From the NCBI GenBank assembly GCA_965113315.1, contig OZ220370.1: a DNA stretch of 64,000 bases, one strand, 5' to 3'. Made by a program: the position numbers and the translations under genes. The DNA is from Podarcis vaucheri. Its lineage: Eukaryota. A model generated the notes under the pieces. That model had not been told where the DNA came from. It worked only from the letters and a program-made list of their open reading frames with translations, and made no database searches. Positions 1 to 15,574 of the stretch are shown piece after piece (positions within the stretch are counted from its first letter, which is position 1; each line of letters starts with the position of its first letter).

Positions 1-93
1 AACTCTGCTGGAGGGCTTGGAATTGTAATGATAGAACTGGTATTTATTCATATTTGCATTTTGATAATAGTATTTCTCTCTCTCTCTCCTTAG

Positions 94-192
<99 letters not shown>

Positions 193-724
193 TAATAATA
201 CTAATGTATTTTCTTATTGCTACTGTGTTTAAACACTGCTACTAGTGCTTGAATGAGCAATATAGAGTTGTGTTAGTAAATTATGTAATCATGATCATTT
301 GTTGGTCAACAGACAAAAGGGAAAATTAAGTTTACCACACTTAGTTGTCCATTGATGCATAAGGATTACTTGAGCTACATGCTCATTGCCTTTATTAACA
401 CACACCTAAAAAGTTACATTGATAATGCTCAACCTGTGACTGTGGAGTGAATGCAGGTCTTGCTTACTGTCAAGAAAGTGCAGCATTAGTAAACCAAAAG
501 TACACCTCTTCTCCCCACATACATACACATTTTGAAAGCATGTTAAGAGCTGTGTTTACACTTCAGATTCTAGTTTTTATTCAGTGACTTCTTACAGAAG
601 ACTGTGTTTCTGATATAATTAAAGGCACCATGGCTTCTAAATGAAGACAAAGCAATGCATTTTTGTTTCACCCATTCTTTGAAACTGTAACATCTCCTAA
701 CCTTTGTGGACTTCCTTCAGATAG

Positions 725-1201
<477 letters not shown>

Positions 1202-1650
1202 TAGCCTATCTCTGCAAGAAAACTACCCACAACTTACATTTTTCCTTTTCTAGGTTATGTATTGTAAATAAACCTTAGATTTATAGCTTCACAAATCACA
1301 AGATTAATGTAACAGTGGTGTGTATTTATATATTTTTATTTAATATTAATTAGATGAAATGTGAGCATGCAATATTCTTCCTGCATGAAAGCCTCTACCT
1401 GCATTTGTTTGTATCCCATTATTATTTATGTACGAAGCACATAATGTTTTCTGGGCGCTGTACAAATATCAAAAGCAACACAGAACCTGCCTGTAGGCTT
1501 ATAATCTCATAGGTATCCTACATAAAGATGGAGCAAGGAAAGAAAAACAAGCAAATTCAGGCATCAGTTAGTCATTAAACATTTAAGAAATTTTAAGAAT
1601 ATGTGGAATAGCAGCTGAAAATGTTTTTTGCCCTAAGATAACTAGAATAA

Positions 1651-1788
<138 letters not shown>

Positions 1789-2806
1789 TGATGAGCATAG
1801 GCCGAGTTGATTTGATGACGGTGGTGGTGGTGATAGCAATCTAAGCTGAAACTTTTAAAACCTTTTCTGAACAATGCAGTTTAAATACTGATGTTTACTG
1901 ACCCTGTTAAAATAAGTATGTCAGGACCTGTCATGAGAAGCATGTGTGTTTCAGGCTGGGACACCTCCTCCCCCCCCCCCCCCCCGGAGATCAGCACTAG
2001 AGAATAATTCAATGCTGTGCTGGTTTGTACATTATTTTCTCCTTATGGAGAGAGTGCACATAATTTTAGTGAGAATCTTAATTTTGTATGCTGCTCCTAC
2101 CAGATGCAGGAATACTTCTGTAAATGGAAACTGGTAGTTGAAGAATTCGACTGGAAAAGCTAAACCATGTCTGTCTTAATGGGAAAGCAAAATAATACTA
2201 TATTGCATGTGACATTCTGAAGAGAAAAATAAACAATCCATTTTTTTACTATGTTCATGCCGTTTTCCTTGTTCAGTTACTGTGCTGTTAGTGTCTGTAG
2301 AATGATCCTATTAAGGTTAGTGCTGGAAGAACATTTTAAAATCTCTGTATGGCATTTGTTTTATGTCTTGGCTTAAAGCAGTGTCAACAGCGTTCAAAAC
2401 TCCCATTGTTCTAGGCACATTTTGTGACTGGGAATTTCATTAGCACAAGCAATTTCTGAGCAGTACTGCACCTAAAATTTCTGATTTAAACTGCCGCTGC
2501 TGATGCTGAGGGCGTGGGAGGAGAAATTTCTGCCCGCTCAACTTCCAAGAAATCACTGCAGCATCAGGCAAGCTGATAGGTTCTGCCTCTCAGCTGGCCT
2601 TACAGAAAGGCAGTATTTTGAGCGACCCTCGAATATTAAGGGGGCAGGCAGGGGAAGCATGGCTTTGTGTTTTTCTGCAGTCTTCAGATGAGGACTAGAC
2701 CATGTGAAAAATGAACATAAGATTTTAGTAGCAGTTCATTAATTTTCAGTTTTGTATTGTTATAAAAAAGTGTGCCTAGTCATTCTGTTGTGGCACACAT
2801 AAGTTA

Positions 2807-3289
2807 TCGTATTTTTCGCGCTATAAGACACATTTTTTCCCCTCCAAAAATGAAGGGGAAATGTTTGTGCGTCCTATGGGGTGAATGCAGGCTTCAGGAA
2901 GCTATCCGCAAGCCTTGGGAGCCCGCGGGAGTTCCCGCCGGGCTCCCACGGTTTGCGGAGAGCTGCCTGCATCCCAAAGCCTGGGCATGCTGAGCAGTCG
3001 TGCCGGGGCTTCGGGTAGCTCTGCGCAAGCCGTGGGAGCCCTCCCACGGCTTGCACAGAGCTGCCTCTACACCCGAAGCCCGGGCGTGCTGAGCAGTCGC
3101 GCCAGGGCTTCGGTAGCTCTGCGCAAGCCGCGGGAGGGCTCCCACGGCTTGCGGAGAGCAGCCTGTTCTGGGGGCTGGGGAAACTCCGGCTTCCCCCGAC
3201 CCAGCCCTGTGCCTGGGGGGGAAATAAAATTTGTTTTCTTTATTTCCCCTCCAAAAAACTAGGTGCGTCCTATGAGGAGAAAAATACGG
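2807..3289. mobile_element. Non-autonomous Tc1/mariner (Tc2/MER104-like) MITE with GC-rich internal hairpin repeats
   Basis: TA|tcgtatttttc ... gaaaaatacgg|TA terminal inverted repeats with TA target duplication; CpG-rich interior. Confidence 0.8.
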
Positions 3290-4329
3290 TAGTTTAATGT
3301 CCCATTTAGCCCCTAGTTTTCATATCTCAGCTTCTACCACTGAGTGTCAAACAGTTTAAATTGCCAACAAGCTATCTGGAGAGAAAAAGGCTTCACTTCT
3401 TTTATCTGGTTCCTTTTCTTTCTCTCTCCTTTGTCCTCTCTTGCCCTTGAAAACTTTCCCATGTTTGTCCCCTTGCTTTGTTGATACCTGAGATAATACC
3501 AGGGGGTTAGATTCCTGGAGGCAGATCTAAATTAGAAGAGGGAACTGTGGACATGGTGTTGAGCAGTAACCCAAGTGTGTGTTGTTGACCTTAAAACCAG
3601 TACATTTCTGCTATGGGGGTGGCTTGGTCTGGGTGGACAGGGGTGGTTGAATGAGGTTGAAGGATCTAATAAGTGATATGCTGTGGATCTCCCCATAGGA
3701 GTCTGGGACTTGCCTACAAATTGCCTTTTTCTTAACTAATTGAAAAGAGTCTCGTACTTGCAAGACAAGTTGTGACTCTGATCCAGAAAGTGGGTACATG
3801 CCACATAAATGCTCTCCTTTGATGTGAGCTCAGAAATGCTTCGCCAAATTCTTAAGTTAAAGGGAAGTGCCTTTAACTTTAAATCCATGAGATCTGCATC
3901 GCATGTATTGGTCTTTATATTTGCTAGTTGTTTTCTACAAAAAAGTCTCAAACAATTTAACAACAGGGGTAAATGCCCAGCTGCACCATGGCCTGTCGTT
4001 ATTCTGAGCCTTTCAGTACTAGAGGGGAATGTTTTGGAAGAGTGGGCCTTAAAAATGTGTGCTCTGCGAGTCCCAAACAGTACTACAAAGTTCCTGTTCT
4101 AGACTGGCTGAAGACTTGCACAGCACACACTTTGTAGTATTTAGGGGTACACTGGAGCATTATGTTGTGGCACATGATTCTTTACGCTGACATTTCAGTC
4201 TTTAGAGGTTTGCTGTTTTTCTGGCTGAATGTTAAAAATACCCTTCAGCTTGTCCAGTTGTATAACTTTAAAGGTTGCATTTTGAAAACATGTTGAAAAC
4301 TTCTTGCCCTTGGCTTAGATGGAAATTAA

Positions 4330-4608
<279 letters not shown>

Positions 4609-5853
4609 TAATGATTGATACACTATAAACTCTTGGGCTTTGAATAATAAGCAGTTTGAAGTGGATAATAAACCAGATTGTGGAAATTTGAGTATTGTTC
4701 TCCCACCACCGATCAGAACATATTCTTGGCAGTAATGTGAGCCAAAATATAGTGCATGGTAGCTACTGGTTCAGTGTTGTGGTTTGCCATTGTTCCCTTT
4801 ATTTCTGATGTTCAGGCTGTGAGTACCAGTGCTCACGTAGCTTCCCAAGAGAGAGCTATCAGTAGATGCAGGAGTCCAAGGTGATGGGAAGGGGCACACT
4901 GAGGCAGTTAGCCACTGCCCATCCAGCTTATGCCACCCCCTCTCCTCTAACTATCTCCCCTCTGTGCACAGCAAAGATTACTTGATATTACATAGATAGG
5001 GTTGGCTGTTAGTTGCCCAGTCTGCATCTTCATATATCGCAACTGGTTTCTGAAACAATCTGGTCCTAAACTCTTAACACATTAAAGGTCAGAACCAGCA
5101 GTGTAAATAAAGCCCTGAAACAGATGGGCAACCAGTAGGGATGGTGTAAGACCCAGTCTTCCAGTACCTGATGACAACTGGTAGAAGTTTCCTGAATGTC
5201 TAAAGGGAACCCCACATTGTCACGACCTATTCACTTCGAAATTAGGGCATGAACAACTGATGCCAGATCTGTCATCTTCAGGAAGTAGAGACAGGCACAG
5301 ATGACAAATATTCTTTACTATCTACTCATGTTTTGCCTTAATTTGAAGCACGCTTTGTTAGACTGTGGATTTCTGAAGATAAAAAAGCATATTGCTTCAA
5401 AGGAAAAACAAAACTATACAGCATTCCTATACAGATGCCTTGTCATGCATCTCTGTATAGTGCCAAGGCTGATCTTAGTGGTGATGTCATTTGTCTCGGG
5501 TTGCTGAAAAAGCTATAACCCTTAGGATGGAAGAGATTCATATTCAAAATGGCAGCTGGCACTCGCTGTGAGCAATTTAGACAAGACTTAAAACACGTTT
5601 CTGTATATAAACTGTATATAGCTTCTCAAGGCCTTCTTCTGACTTTTATGACTGTGCTTTAGGCCTTGGGAAATTGGCTTTAGGGTTGGAAAAGCCATCC
5701 AGAGGTAAAGGCTGCAACTTGAACATATTTCCAGAAGTTCATTTTTCTGTGCCATTTGACTCATACAGAATACAAGGCTGGAAAGCTTGACTTAAACGCA
5801 TGGTGTGTGTACACTTCTGTGTCCAACGTGTTCCTCCCTGGTTCATGCAAATA

Positions 5854-6091
5854 CAGTCATACCTCAGGTTACAGACGCTTCAGGTTGCGTTTTTTCGGGT
5901 TACGGATGCGCCGGAAGTACCGGAACAGGTTATTTCCAGATTTCGGTGGTCATGCATGCACAGAAGCGCTAAATTGCACTTTGTGCATGCACAGAAGCGC
6001 CGAATCGCAACCCGCGCGTGCATACACGTGGCGCTGCTGGTTGTGAACGTGCTTCCTGCACAGATCATGTTTGCAACCTGAGCGTCCACTG
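5854..6091. mobile_element. Tigger/pogo-like MITE
   Basis: TA|cagtcatacctcaggtt ... aacctgagcgtccactg|TA, imperfect TIRs; related to the 40242-40474 element. Confidence 0.7.
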
Positions 6092-6852
6092 TAAAGGATT
6101 CATATCGCTTTACATTATTCATTTTTTATCGGTAACTACACAAACCTTTCGTTGCTCCTTTGTTTCTTAACCAATTCTTAGTCAACATAAATTTGCTGCT
6201 TCTTTAAACACATTTGGCATTTCCTCCAGCATAAACATAAATGAAAATATTTGTGCAATAGAACAGTATGTTTTAAAGCTATTATAAACATTTTGGTGTT
6301 GGTTGAACTATGAGCCAATTCATATATTGTTTCACCTGGCTCTCCTGCATATTTGAATGGCCTTGCTGAAGGTTTAGGGGTCAGTCCATCCCCCTAGCTG
6401 GCACTGGTGGGGCTTGATGGAGCTATGCAGCCACTGCTGCTTCCACAGCCCAGATCGGACCCATTGCCATCATGCAAGAGTAGTAAGGTTGGCACCGGAT
6501 CCATCTGGTGGTTGTTGATTGAAAGGGGAGAATATTAGCATTTTTTTTGTCCAGATGTTGATTGGACTAAAAAGTCTAAAGTGAAGACAGAAGATTAGGG
6601 GATAGGTTTAAAGCAGCCTTCCTCAATCATTTGCCCGCCAGATGTTTTGGACAACAACCCCTATCATCCCTGTCCACTGGCTGATGAGAATTTGAAGTCC
6701 CAAACTTATCTGTAGAGCAGCAACTTGGGGAAGATTGATTTTAAAGCTTTTCAAGCAGCTTTCTGTATCTAATTCATTTTTGTTATAATTACGTTGGGTT
6801 TCTTGTATACTGCTTAAAGGCAATTGTAATAAAATTGTGTACAAATTGTTGA

Positions 6853-7080
<228 letters not shown>

Positions 7081-7239
7081 TGATTTGATGCATTAACTGG
7101 TTCCGAAGCTAACTGGCAAATCAACAGGCCCTGCAGGTGAAGACAGTTGCAAGATATGAGAATATGTTGTCCAGTGTGAAGGTTTCTCTTGTTCTTTGAA
7201 ATGTCACTGTGTGTTGAATGTGTCAATTTTGTTTTACAG

Positions 7240-7344
7240 TTCTTTCAACAAGCCCTTAAAGATGAACTGTGCCGCCAAAACAATTTATATATCCAACCCT
7301 ATGCTTGCTATGAACTTGGCTGTCTCTTGTTAGAAGACCCACAG
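7240..7344 (+). CDS. TTC39C: TTC39C coding exon
   Basis: ttacag| FFQQALKDELCRQNNLYIQPYACYELGCLLLEDPQ |gtaaac. Confidence 0.95.
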
Positions 7345-9307
7345 GTAAACAGTACAGCATACTTTGGAACTGTCTAAAATTTGGTGTGACATTACTACTT
7401 CAAAAAGAGAAGTAGAGGAAGGTTGCAAGCAAGCTGGAATGTGCATTTTCTCTTTTTGGCCTTTCTTAGTGGTTTTATTTTTAACAACGTGCTCCTGTGT
7501 TCTGGGGAGTTGTATTAATCTTATCCTACCAGTTTACTGATTGCCTAACATAATTGCATCAAGTTTACCAGCAATTTATTGATATGACTCTTGCATTTAA
7601 TCAGTGCAATAAAATCAGTGGTCCATTTGAAATGTCCATTTATTCAGTCACTGCAGCATTGTTGGTGAAAAATGTTTAAATGTTGTGAAATGATATTGCA
7701 CTGGTTGTACAGGTGATGTTCTCAGATGGAGTCAAATGAATTGCATATGGCATTTCAACATATGATCTAGCTCAGGGGTGTAAAACCTTTTCAGCCTGGC
7801 GGGCTAGTTCCTGAACTCCACCATCCCCAGCCACTCTGATGTTGGTCACATGACATCAGCATGGTGTCAGGTGACCCATTTCCCCTTTTGCAATGAGGCT
7901 TGAGTTCAAGTATCACAATAAAAGGTTAAAGAATACTGCATGAGAAGATATCTAAATTGTGTTGCTGGTCTGTATACATGTAGCATTAGCATGTCAGGGA
8001 CCTGTAATTGATGCTATGCCAGTATGGTAGGTAGAGCCTAGTGGTCAAATTTTTTAAATTACATACATTGAACCCTTGTTGGGTAAGGGTTCTCCGTCTC
8101 CTCTTATTTCCTTTCTTTTACATGCTCAGCATTACTCTTAAACCAGGCATTAGCTGGCTGCGAATGTGGCTTGGAGTCTCTCTTCCTACCCCTACCTTTC
8201 CAGCACATTTAGGGTGAAGTGGGAGAGCGGTGGTTAGCATCATGGATGAGATTAGGAGGGAAGGGAAGAGCATCGGTACAGGTAAAGAGAGCGAGGAATG
8301 GGTGGCTTGCTGGGTTGCTTAAGCCCTTTTCCAGTAGGGAACACTCTTGAGTAGTCCAAGCATTATTAACATATACTTAATGCCTCCCAACTGTGCGTGG
8401 TAAAACTTGTGAAGCTAGTAAGAGTGTAAAGACCTAGGCATGTAAAAATTAGAGATCTTTGTACTCTTTCTCTTCATGCTTCATACACTCAGCCGCCCAC
8501 GCTTCTCTTCATTGCCATATTTAAAGAGAAGGTCTTAAAATAGCTTTTAATTAATGCTTTTCAGACCTGCCTCTTAATTGCTCTCCAGCAAGACCATGGA
8601 AAGGCAGCACGAGCTTGTTTTGAACATGAAAATCAGAGATCCACTGGCACATCGATGATGTATCAGTATTTTGAATTTGCCTTTTTATTTGGATCCTTAT
8701 ATGAAAAGGAGGGGATATACAAGGGCTATGCCCCATTTTTGTATACTTAAAAACACACAATGCATGTGGAAGATGGCTTGCGAGGTTTACTGCTTTCTAG
8801 AAGGAGATTGGGGGGGGGAGTCACGTTGCACAAGCAGAAATCCTTGTGCTAATGGGACTCATTAATTGAATATTGCCCACTGTGTGTGCAAATTTGTTCT
8901 TCTTTTTAATGTGGAGAGACAGCTGCCAGTTATTTTGAGATACCTAAAAACTTATTGAGTGACATTATTTATTAAAATTACGTATCTAATTTCTGGTAGT
9001 TGGCATTTTGCTATCCAAACTCATTATTAGAACTTGAATTCTCATTAGACCAGTTAAAGAGGGGCATTCAGTGGTGACTAACCAGACCATAGAACAAGTT
9101 TCCACTGGTGCAACAAGACGTCCTCTCCTCTCCCCTGCCTACCCCCAAATTTTTCACCGTAGGGTTTGGAAAACCTCCAGAGCAGATTTAAGCAGAGAGT
9201 GAAGAAATGGAGAAAGTCCCATAATGTGCCATTGTCTGTCTCCCAAAGTATTATTTTCTTGCATTTGCACACAAATTTTAAAAATGACATTTTGCTTCCT
9301 CCTGCAG

Positions 9308-9346
9308 ACAGTGCCAAGAGGCAAAGCATTACTGCTCCAGGCAAAG
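9308..9346 (+). CDS. TTC39C: TTC39C short (39 nt) coding exon
   Basis: ctgcag| TVPRGKALLLQAK |gtaaaa; recalled human TVGRGRALLLQAK. Confidence 0.92.
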
Positions 9347-9601
9347 GTAAAAAAAAGTGAATGAATTGAGCATTATTATTATACAGGTGGTGTGTCCTTT
9401 CCTTCATGATATAGCCTGGCTGGACTTGGAGGGTGGCATTGCTAATAGTAATTGTGGGATGTGAATGGAAACCTCTTATCCTTCCCAGCCTGCATTGCCA
9501 TTGAGGGTATTGAGCTATGTCCTATAAACAAATAAATGCCATATTCTGTCCTGCGTAGAAGTTACCATGTTTTTCTGGTAAACCTGAGTGACTTAGGCTA
9601 A

Positions 9602-9721
<120 letters not shown>

Positions 9722-11389
9722 TGGGCAGGATGCCTCAACTCTTTCTTCTCCCTGTTTCTGCACTCAGAGCAAAACTGTTAGGAGGACCAGCTTCTCTACT
9801 GAAAACAACCACCAGTGCCAGAGACACTTTTTCCACGACATCTAGAGTTGGTGGCAGAAAAACATTACCATCTTCAATGGTTAAGGGCAAAATTAGCCAA
9901 AAAATATTAAGTGTCCTAGGGCCTAATCCAGTAGCAATTTCTCTTGCACAAGTCCTAACTGAGTGAGTGGGAGCTGGAAGTTGCCTAACTTCTGGGATAG
10001 GTATGTGAAGGCCTGGGGCGATGGGGACTGGAAAATTGGGTTAGGTCGTGGAGAGGCAGTTGTTACTCAATTATTCCTTCCCCCACCTCCCACTTGTCTT
10101 CATATCTCTACTCTGGGATTCTGTGGGGTTTGTGCTAGAGGACTTCTCCAGGTTTGGAAGCCTTTGCTTTTGAGGTGTGTCTTTTTTGTTTGTTCTTCGA
10201 CAAGTGGAACATATTTAGCTTGTGATTGTACAAATGAGCCTACAATAAGCACACTTTGACTTCTATAACAACATTGGCTCAGTTTCTGCAAAAAGCTTTT
10301 TTCTCTCATTTTGGATAGGTTTATTTGTTCTTTTGAAGAGGAATACCAACTGTTTGTTGAAACAGTACTGTGTAATTAATTGTTTGAAACTGTAAATAGG
10401 CAGAAATAGATATTATTTTATTCAGAGGCCAACAAAAACAGAGCGAGCCTGGAAAGAATCAAGCCTGGCTCACTCACAGCACAGCAAACCTGCTCATTTA
10501 AGTTATATTGATCATCCAAATGCATGTGTAACAGAGCCTAACCCTATATTTATGTTAAATTGTGTGAAGATTTAGAAACTTCTATTTTTCAGCCAAATGT
10601 TTATTTTTAAACCCTTAATAATTGTGTTGAAGACATTTTTTATCTGTTTTAAATGGTACTGTTGCCTACTAGCTTTGCTGTTAACAAGGTGTTTACAAAT
10701 TATCACTCATATGTTAAATATAATGGGACTTGCCATGTGGCAGTCCAGACCTATGATGTCACTTATCTTTATTGCAGTTTGTTTTAGTGTTTTATTTTTA
10801 ACAAGTAAGTGTTTTTTTAAAAAAAATCAAAAACAACTCAAACACCAATTTTTGGAATAGCAGTTTTCCTAAATACTTGGGAATTGTGTAACTTTATAGA
10901 ACTGAAGTACCTTTTTCTTTCAAAGTGGTTAGAGCCTTACTTTCACTCCTGGTATCTAGCTATAAACTTTTATTCTGGCACACTCTGAAAAATGCTTATA
11001 TTGTTTGTACTTTACCTGACTGACTGGCTCCAACAGTTTCTTGGCGTATGGAGAGTACAAATTTGTTGGCCCTGATTCAGACCTTGCCATGCTTCTAGTG
11101 AACCCGTGGAGATAAATATAAGCAGGGGGCTCCACATTTCACCTCCAGCTCTCGCTGATACTCCGTGTGGTGCAGTGCATAAAGAGCATTCCCTAACCTG
11201 CATAGGTCTGCTCCCCAAACTGCCAAGTATTGACTGGAGCTGTGGGTTAGATTGCCCCACTCTCCCTTTGGCCAGTAAAAAGCACTTCATGACAGCTGAA
11301 CCTGCTGCCTTCTAAAAAGAGAAGTTGAATGTTTAAGAGATGTAACTACACCTTTACTTTTTAGTAACACTATATGCTGTGAATATTTC

Positions 11390-11390
<1 letters not shown>

Positions 11391-11428
<38 letters not shown>
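11391..11428. repeat. (TTA)n microsatellite in the probable TTC39C 3' UTR
   Basis: Direct reading, about 12 units. Confidence 0.95.
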
Positions 11429-13872
11429 TGCTTTGGAGAAGTCCCATTTCTCAATGGATTGACAGCCTATCTGCTTTGGTTTCATTTTGTAGACATGGGA
11501 TGTTTGCTCTTTTGTTTGCTTTAAATGGCAGGATTTGCCATTCTGTTTCTTGGCTTGGAGATTAAAAACAACAACAACAACCTGTTGGGATCCTTGCAGT
11601 ACATTCCTTGGAAGGGCAAGGGGATTGGGAAATTAGCAGCGCTCAAGCAAGAGATTGCAGTTGCCTTACAACAAGATTGTTTCACCCTTGGTGGTCATAC
11701 AGAGAGTCGATGGGTATCAAACACAGCAGCAGCATCCTCATCCCTGCGTGGTCATGGGATCTGAGGATAAGCTTTCAATGTTGAGCTCATGAAACAGGAG
11801 CAGCCATCCTACAGCTACAAAATTTAACAAAACTTAAAACACGTAGTGGGTTGGGAGCTATGTGCCTATATGAAAGCATTTTTGACCCCTGATTGCTTAT
11901 GACTCTCTCACACACACAATTTTTCTGCTAGGTTTTTTAAATTGGTGCAAGCACTTTACCTTATCTGCAGTTTTTCTTTAGACACGAATTAGTAAGTTAA
12001 ACTAGCTCAGCATCTTAGACTCTTGTACAAGTTAACTGTTTTAAGTACACCTGTGCCAGCTTACATGACTTGAGGATTACACACCAATAAATGCCTGAGC
12101 AAGGCTATTAAAGTTAGAAGACTTTTGCATTGTCATGATGGGTTCATAGGAGGGGCTCCTCACAAGTGTCTAGGTGATAAATAAAACAGTAGTGACCTGA
12201 CCATGGGCCTATTGCTGTCGCCAGGTCTGTTTTGAGATGTGCTAATCCTGCAAGCAAAGTAATCTCGCCTTGTATGTTGACAGTGGCTCAGTGCCATCCA
12301 TGTATTTCCCCCACTCCCACCCCTCTCGTGCACACATAGAAGAAACCTCTATCTTGTAAATGTCAAAGGTATTTTTATATTAGATTATGCCAGTGATGAG
12401 AATAATCTCAGCTGTATTTTATGTAATTGGAATAAGTTTTTATACTTTATAGCTCGGAGGCATGGTCTAATAGCAATAACAGAGTAAGCATCTCATTGGT
12501 TTAATATATATATATATATATTATTAAGAATTTACCAGGTCTGGTATATTTTTGTTGTTGTTGATACCTTATTGCATTATGACGTCCTTCAAGTGAATAA
12601 CTTGAATTTTTACATGTCACTTTAGATTGTTTACTTTGGTGTGCTATAAATGTCTTTAATTTACAGAACCTGTACTTTAAAAAATATTTCTGCTGAGTAA
12701 AATTAAGAACAAGATTTGAGGGTTTTCCCTTCTTTGTAATTACCCTTCAGTTAAGTAGCCTTCTAGTGATAAATATGCATAGTTTTTCAAGAATACCTGG
12801 ATGTTTATCAAAGTGAATGGTGTAACTTATGGCCAAATTTGATGTGGTGCAGGAGACGTGTGGAGGGTTTCCCAATAGTTTTTGTTTAATGCAGTTGCAA
12901 GGGCATTTATTTGATCAGAGTTGGAAGGAGGGTGGTGCTTAACCACCTACTGAGCAATACACACAAGCACTTGCGAGAATAAATACTAGGGCCTGTTACC
13001 TTTTTCCATTCTGGGCAGAATGAATTTTGATGAGAGAAAGGATTAAATTCCCCTTCTGCTCTATTCAAATTAGGGTCATATCTAGGCTGGGTCTTTAGGC
13101 CTCGTTCTCCTCTGAGGTGGTAGGCCTGTGTTTGGCGTCTTTCAAGAAAGTCTGAGGAAGTGGGCTCACAGGATTAAATGTTCCTCTGTATTTGACAACC
13201 ACAACACCTCCACATAGAAGACTAGCTTCTCAGGAAAAGAAGTTTCTAACCTAGAATCCTTCTCCCTAACACCTAGTTTTCTGTGTACAGCTCAGATTGG
13301 TTTATCACCTCAGTGAGAACAAAGGCTGAAATGTTCTGGGCTGCCGCTGGAACCTGAATGTTTGTTCTTCATGTTTTAGTTTCTCCAGGTTTTGCAGATT
13401 GAGTACTTCTACCATATTCAGCTCAGAACTGATTCATACTTGCATAGAAATATCAGCATACAGAATACATGTGCAGATGTTGGTTGAATGGTGAGCATGC
13501 ACTTAAAATTGCTGGTTTTCCCTAAATATACCTGGTTACAAGGGTGTGTGATTCTTTCCTTTTAGTTTCCCGTGTCTACTGTAGGGAAACCCAGCTGTTT
13601 AATAGTACTCATGCCACTCAGTTGATGCACTGCCCATGTCTTGTGTAAGCAAAATTCAACCTATGAACTGGGTCTCAGTTGTGGCTTGGACAACAGTATT
13701 CCATGTGTGCTGCAAAGACATGTTTCCCATGCAAAATCTGTACTTGTTTACCGTTTTAAAAAAATGTTTTCCTTAAAAGATGTATTCACTTTTCCCCCCT
13801 GGAGCCAAACACTTTATGTTCTGCCACTAAACTTTCAATGCTTGTTTCTTATATTTACCACATTGGTTCTTG

Positions 13873-13878
13873 AATAAA
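13873..13878 (+). terminator. TTC39C: Candidate distal TTC39C polyadenylation signal (3' UTR about 4.2 kb)
   Basis: AATAAA after a U-rich, UTR-like stretch with TGTA motifs, followed by a T-rich element; other AATAAA hexamers lie near 12.1-13.0 kb. Confidence 0.5.
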
Positions 13879-15250
13879 ATCTGTAGAACATTTTCCTGAC
13901 TTGACCTCTGTTTTTTAAATGCCATCCTGTTGTATCCCTCAGCACCTGCATAGATTACATCAGCGGCTTAGCCAGGAGGGTTGCTTCATCAAACAAATGT
14001 GAAAGGGACAATTGTTGCACAGCAAATAACAGCAGAGTTAATGCAATAGAGGAGCAATTAATTAAATTGAACAAACTGTGGAAATCAAAAGAAAATTTAT
14101 ATTGAGCTAATTTTTTGGCTAGCCTAGCTGAGAGGAAATGGAGTGTGCTGGGCTTATAATATGATACAATAATATTTATCAATGAAATTGTACAATTTCA
14201 CATCTCTCACCTGCGAACCATTACATTGAAAACTGGTTCCCTTCTTTTTCTATTGGAGTGCCAAGACTGCTACAATTAGACTGGAAGCTTTGTAGCATAA
14301 GTCACACTCACAATAATTCATGCGGCATAACTTGGATAAATTTTACATGGTATGAACTGGGTATGATTTACATTTGGAAGGGATTTTCCTCTAGATTAAG
14401 TTGCCTGGAGGCCTTGGAGTTTGTTTTGTGAGCTGAATTGTGCCACAGGCTGATCTGTGTTGTGCAAGTGGGTGAATGGTCTTTGTGTGCTGGGATAAGT
14501 TTAGATGGCCTTCTATCTCTTCCAGTGTAATGGTTGCATAAAATCCATTAGACTATGCACAATGTTTGCTACTTCAGTTTGAGAATTTTTCAAAAATCAC
14601 TTTATTTAGGAATTCTTCATCTTTGTTTAGGTGGTCATCTCAGTTGTACAGGTTTAATCTGTAGTACAGACCTGCAGATAGTTCAGTGCTTTCAAGCCTT
14701 AGCTTAAACATAAGATAGGGAAATGCCTGAATAGATCCCAGCATTTTGAAAACATTAGCCTTAAAAAAAAGGAAACAAAATACACTTGTATTAATTACCC
14801 GAGTGTTTGAATAATTCCAGATCTACAAAGTTCTACTTCTGCTTTCCATGCATATGCAGGCTTTGAAAAACATTTATCTGCCTATACTCAATTGCTTACT
14901 CACTTGACTACTAGCTTTGCCAAGAGTCCACCTGCATTCACTTCCACACTTGTCTTTTACATTCCCCTAAAGTCCTGAGTTACAGAGAATTGGTCCACAA
15001 TGTTCAAAATCAGAAAATACATGACAACAAAAACCAGAACACTGTGAAGCCTCAAAAGCTTACATGAACTCCCCAGTGGAGATCTGTGCCTGCTGTGTTT
15101 CAGGATCTCTTCACATACTTTATTTTCAGGTGCACACAGAAGTCGTTGTAGCAAATAAATGTTCGGAAAGCACATGCATCATATAGCTATACTCACAGAA
15201 GCGGATGCCAACAGTCCCCTGTTGACTTGCATGCAACTTGTTAATTTGTT

Positions 15251-15574
15251 ACCACAGAGCCTAGGGCTTGCTGATCAGGTTGGCAGTTCGAATCCCCGTG
15301 ACGGGGTGAGCTCCCGTTGTTTGGTCCCTGCTCCTGTCAACCTAGCAGTTCGAAAGCACGTCAAAGTGCAAGTAGATAAATAGGTACCGCTCCCGTGGGA
15401 AGGTAAACGGCGTTTCTGTGCACTGCTCTGGTTCACCAGAAGCGGCTTAGTCATGCTGGCCACAAGATCCGGAAGCTGTACGCTGGCTCCCTTGGCCAAT
15501 AAAGCAAGATGAGCGCCACAATCCCAGTCGGCCACGACTGGACCTAACGGTCAGGGTTCCCTTTACCTTTACCT
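15251..15574 (+). mobile_element. Sauria SINE, 5'-truncated
   Basis: B-box-like gttcgaatccc, core gtagataaataggtaccgc...gggaaggtaaacggcgtt, (ACCTTT)n tail; homologous to 48259-48622. Confidence 0.88.

Noticed and set aside
2874-3262. Overlapping ORFs and a CRISPR-like alternation of palindromic repeats
   Set aside because: They lie inside a TA-flanked MITE in a vertebrate intron; the 'spacers' are repeated rather than unique and there are no cas genes.
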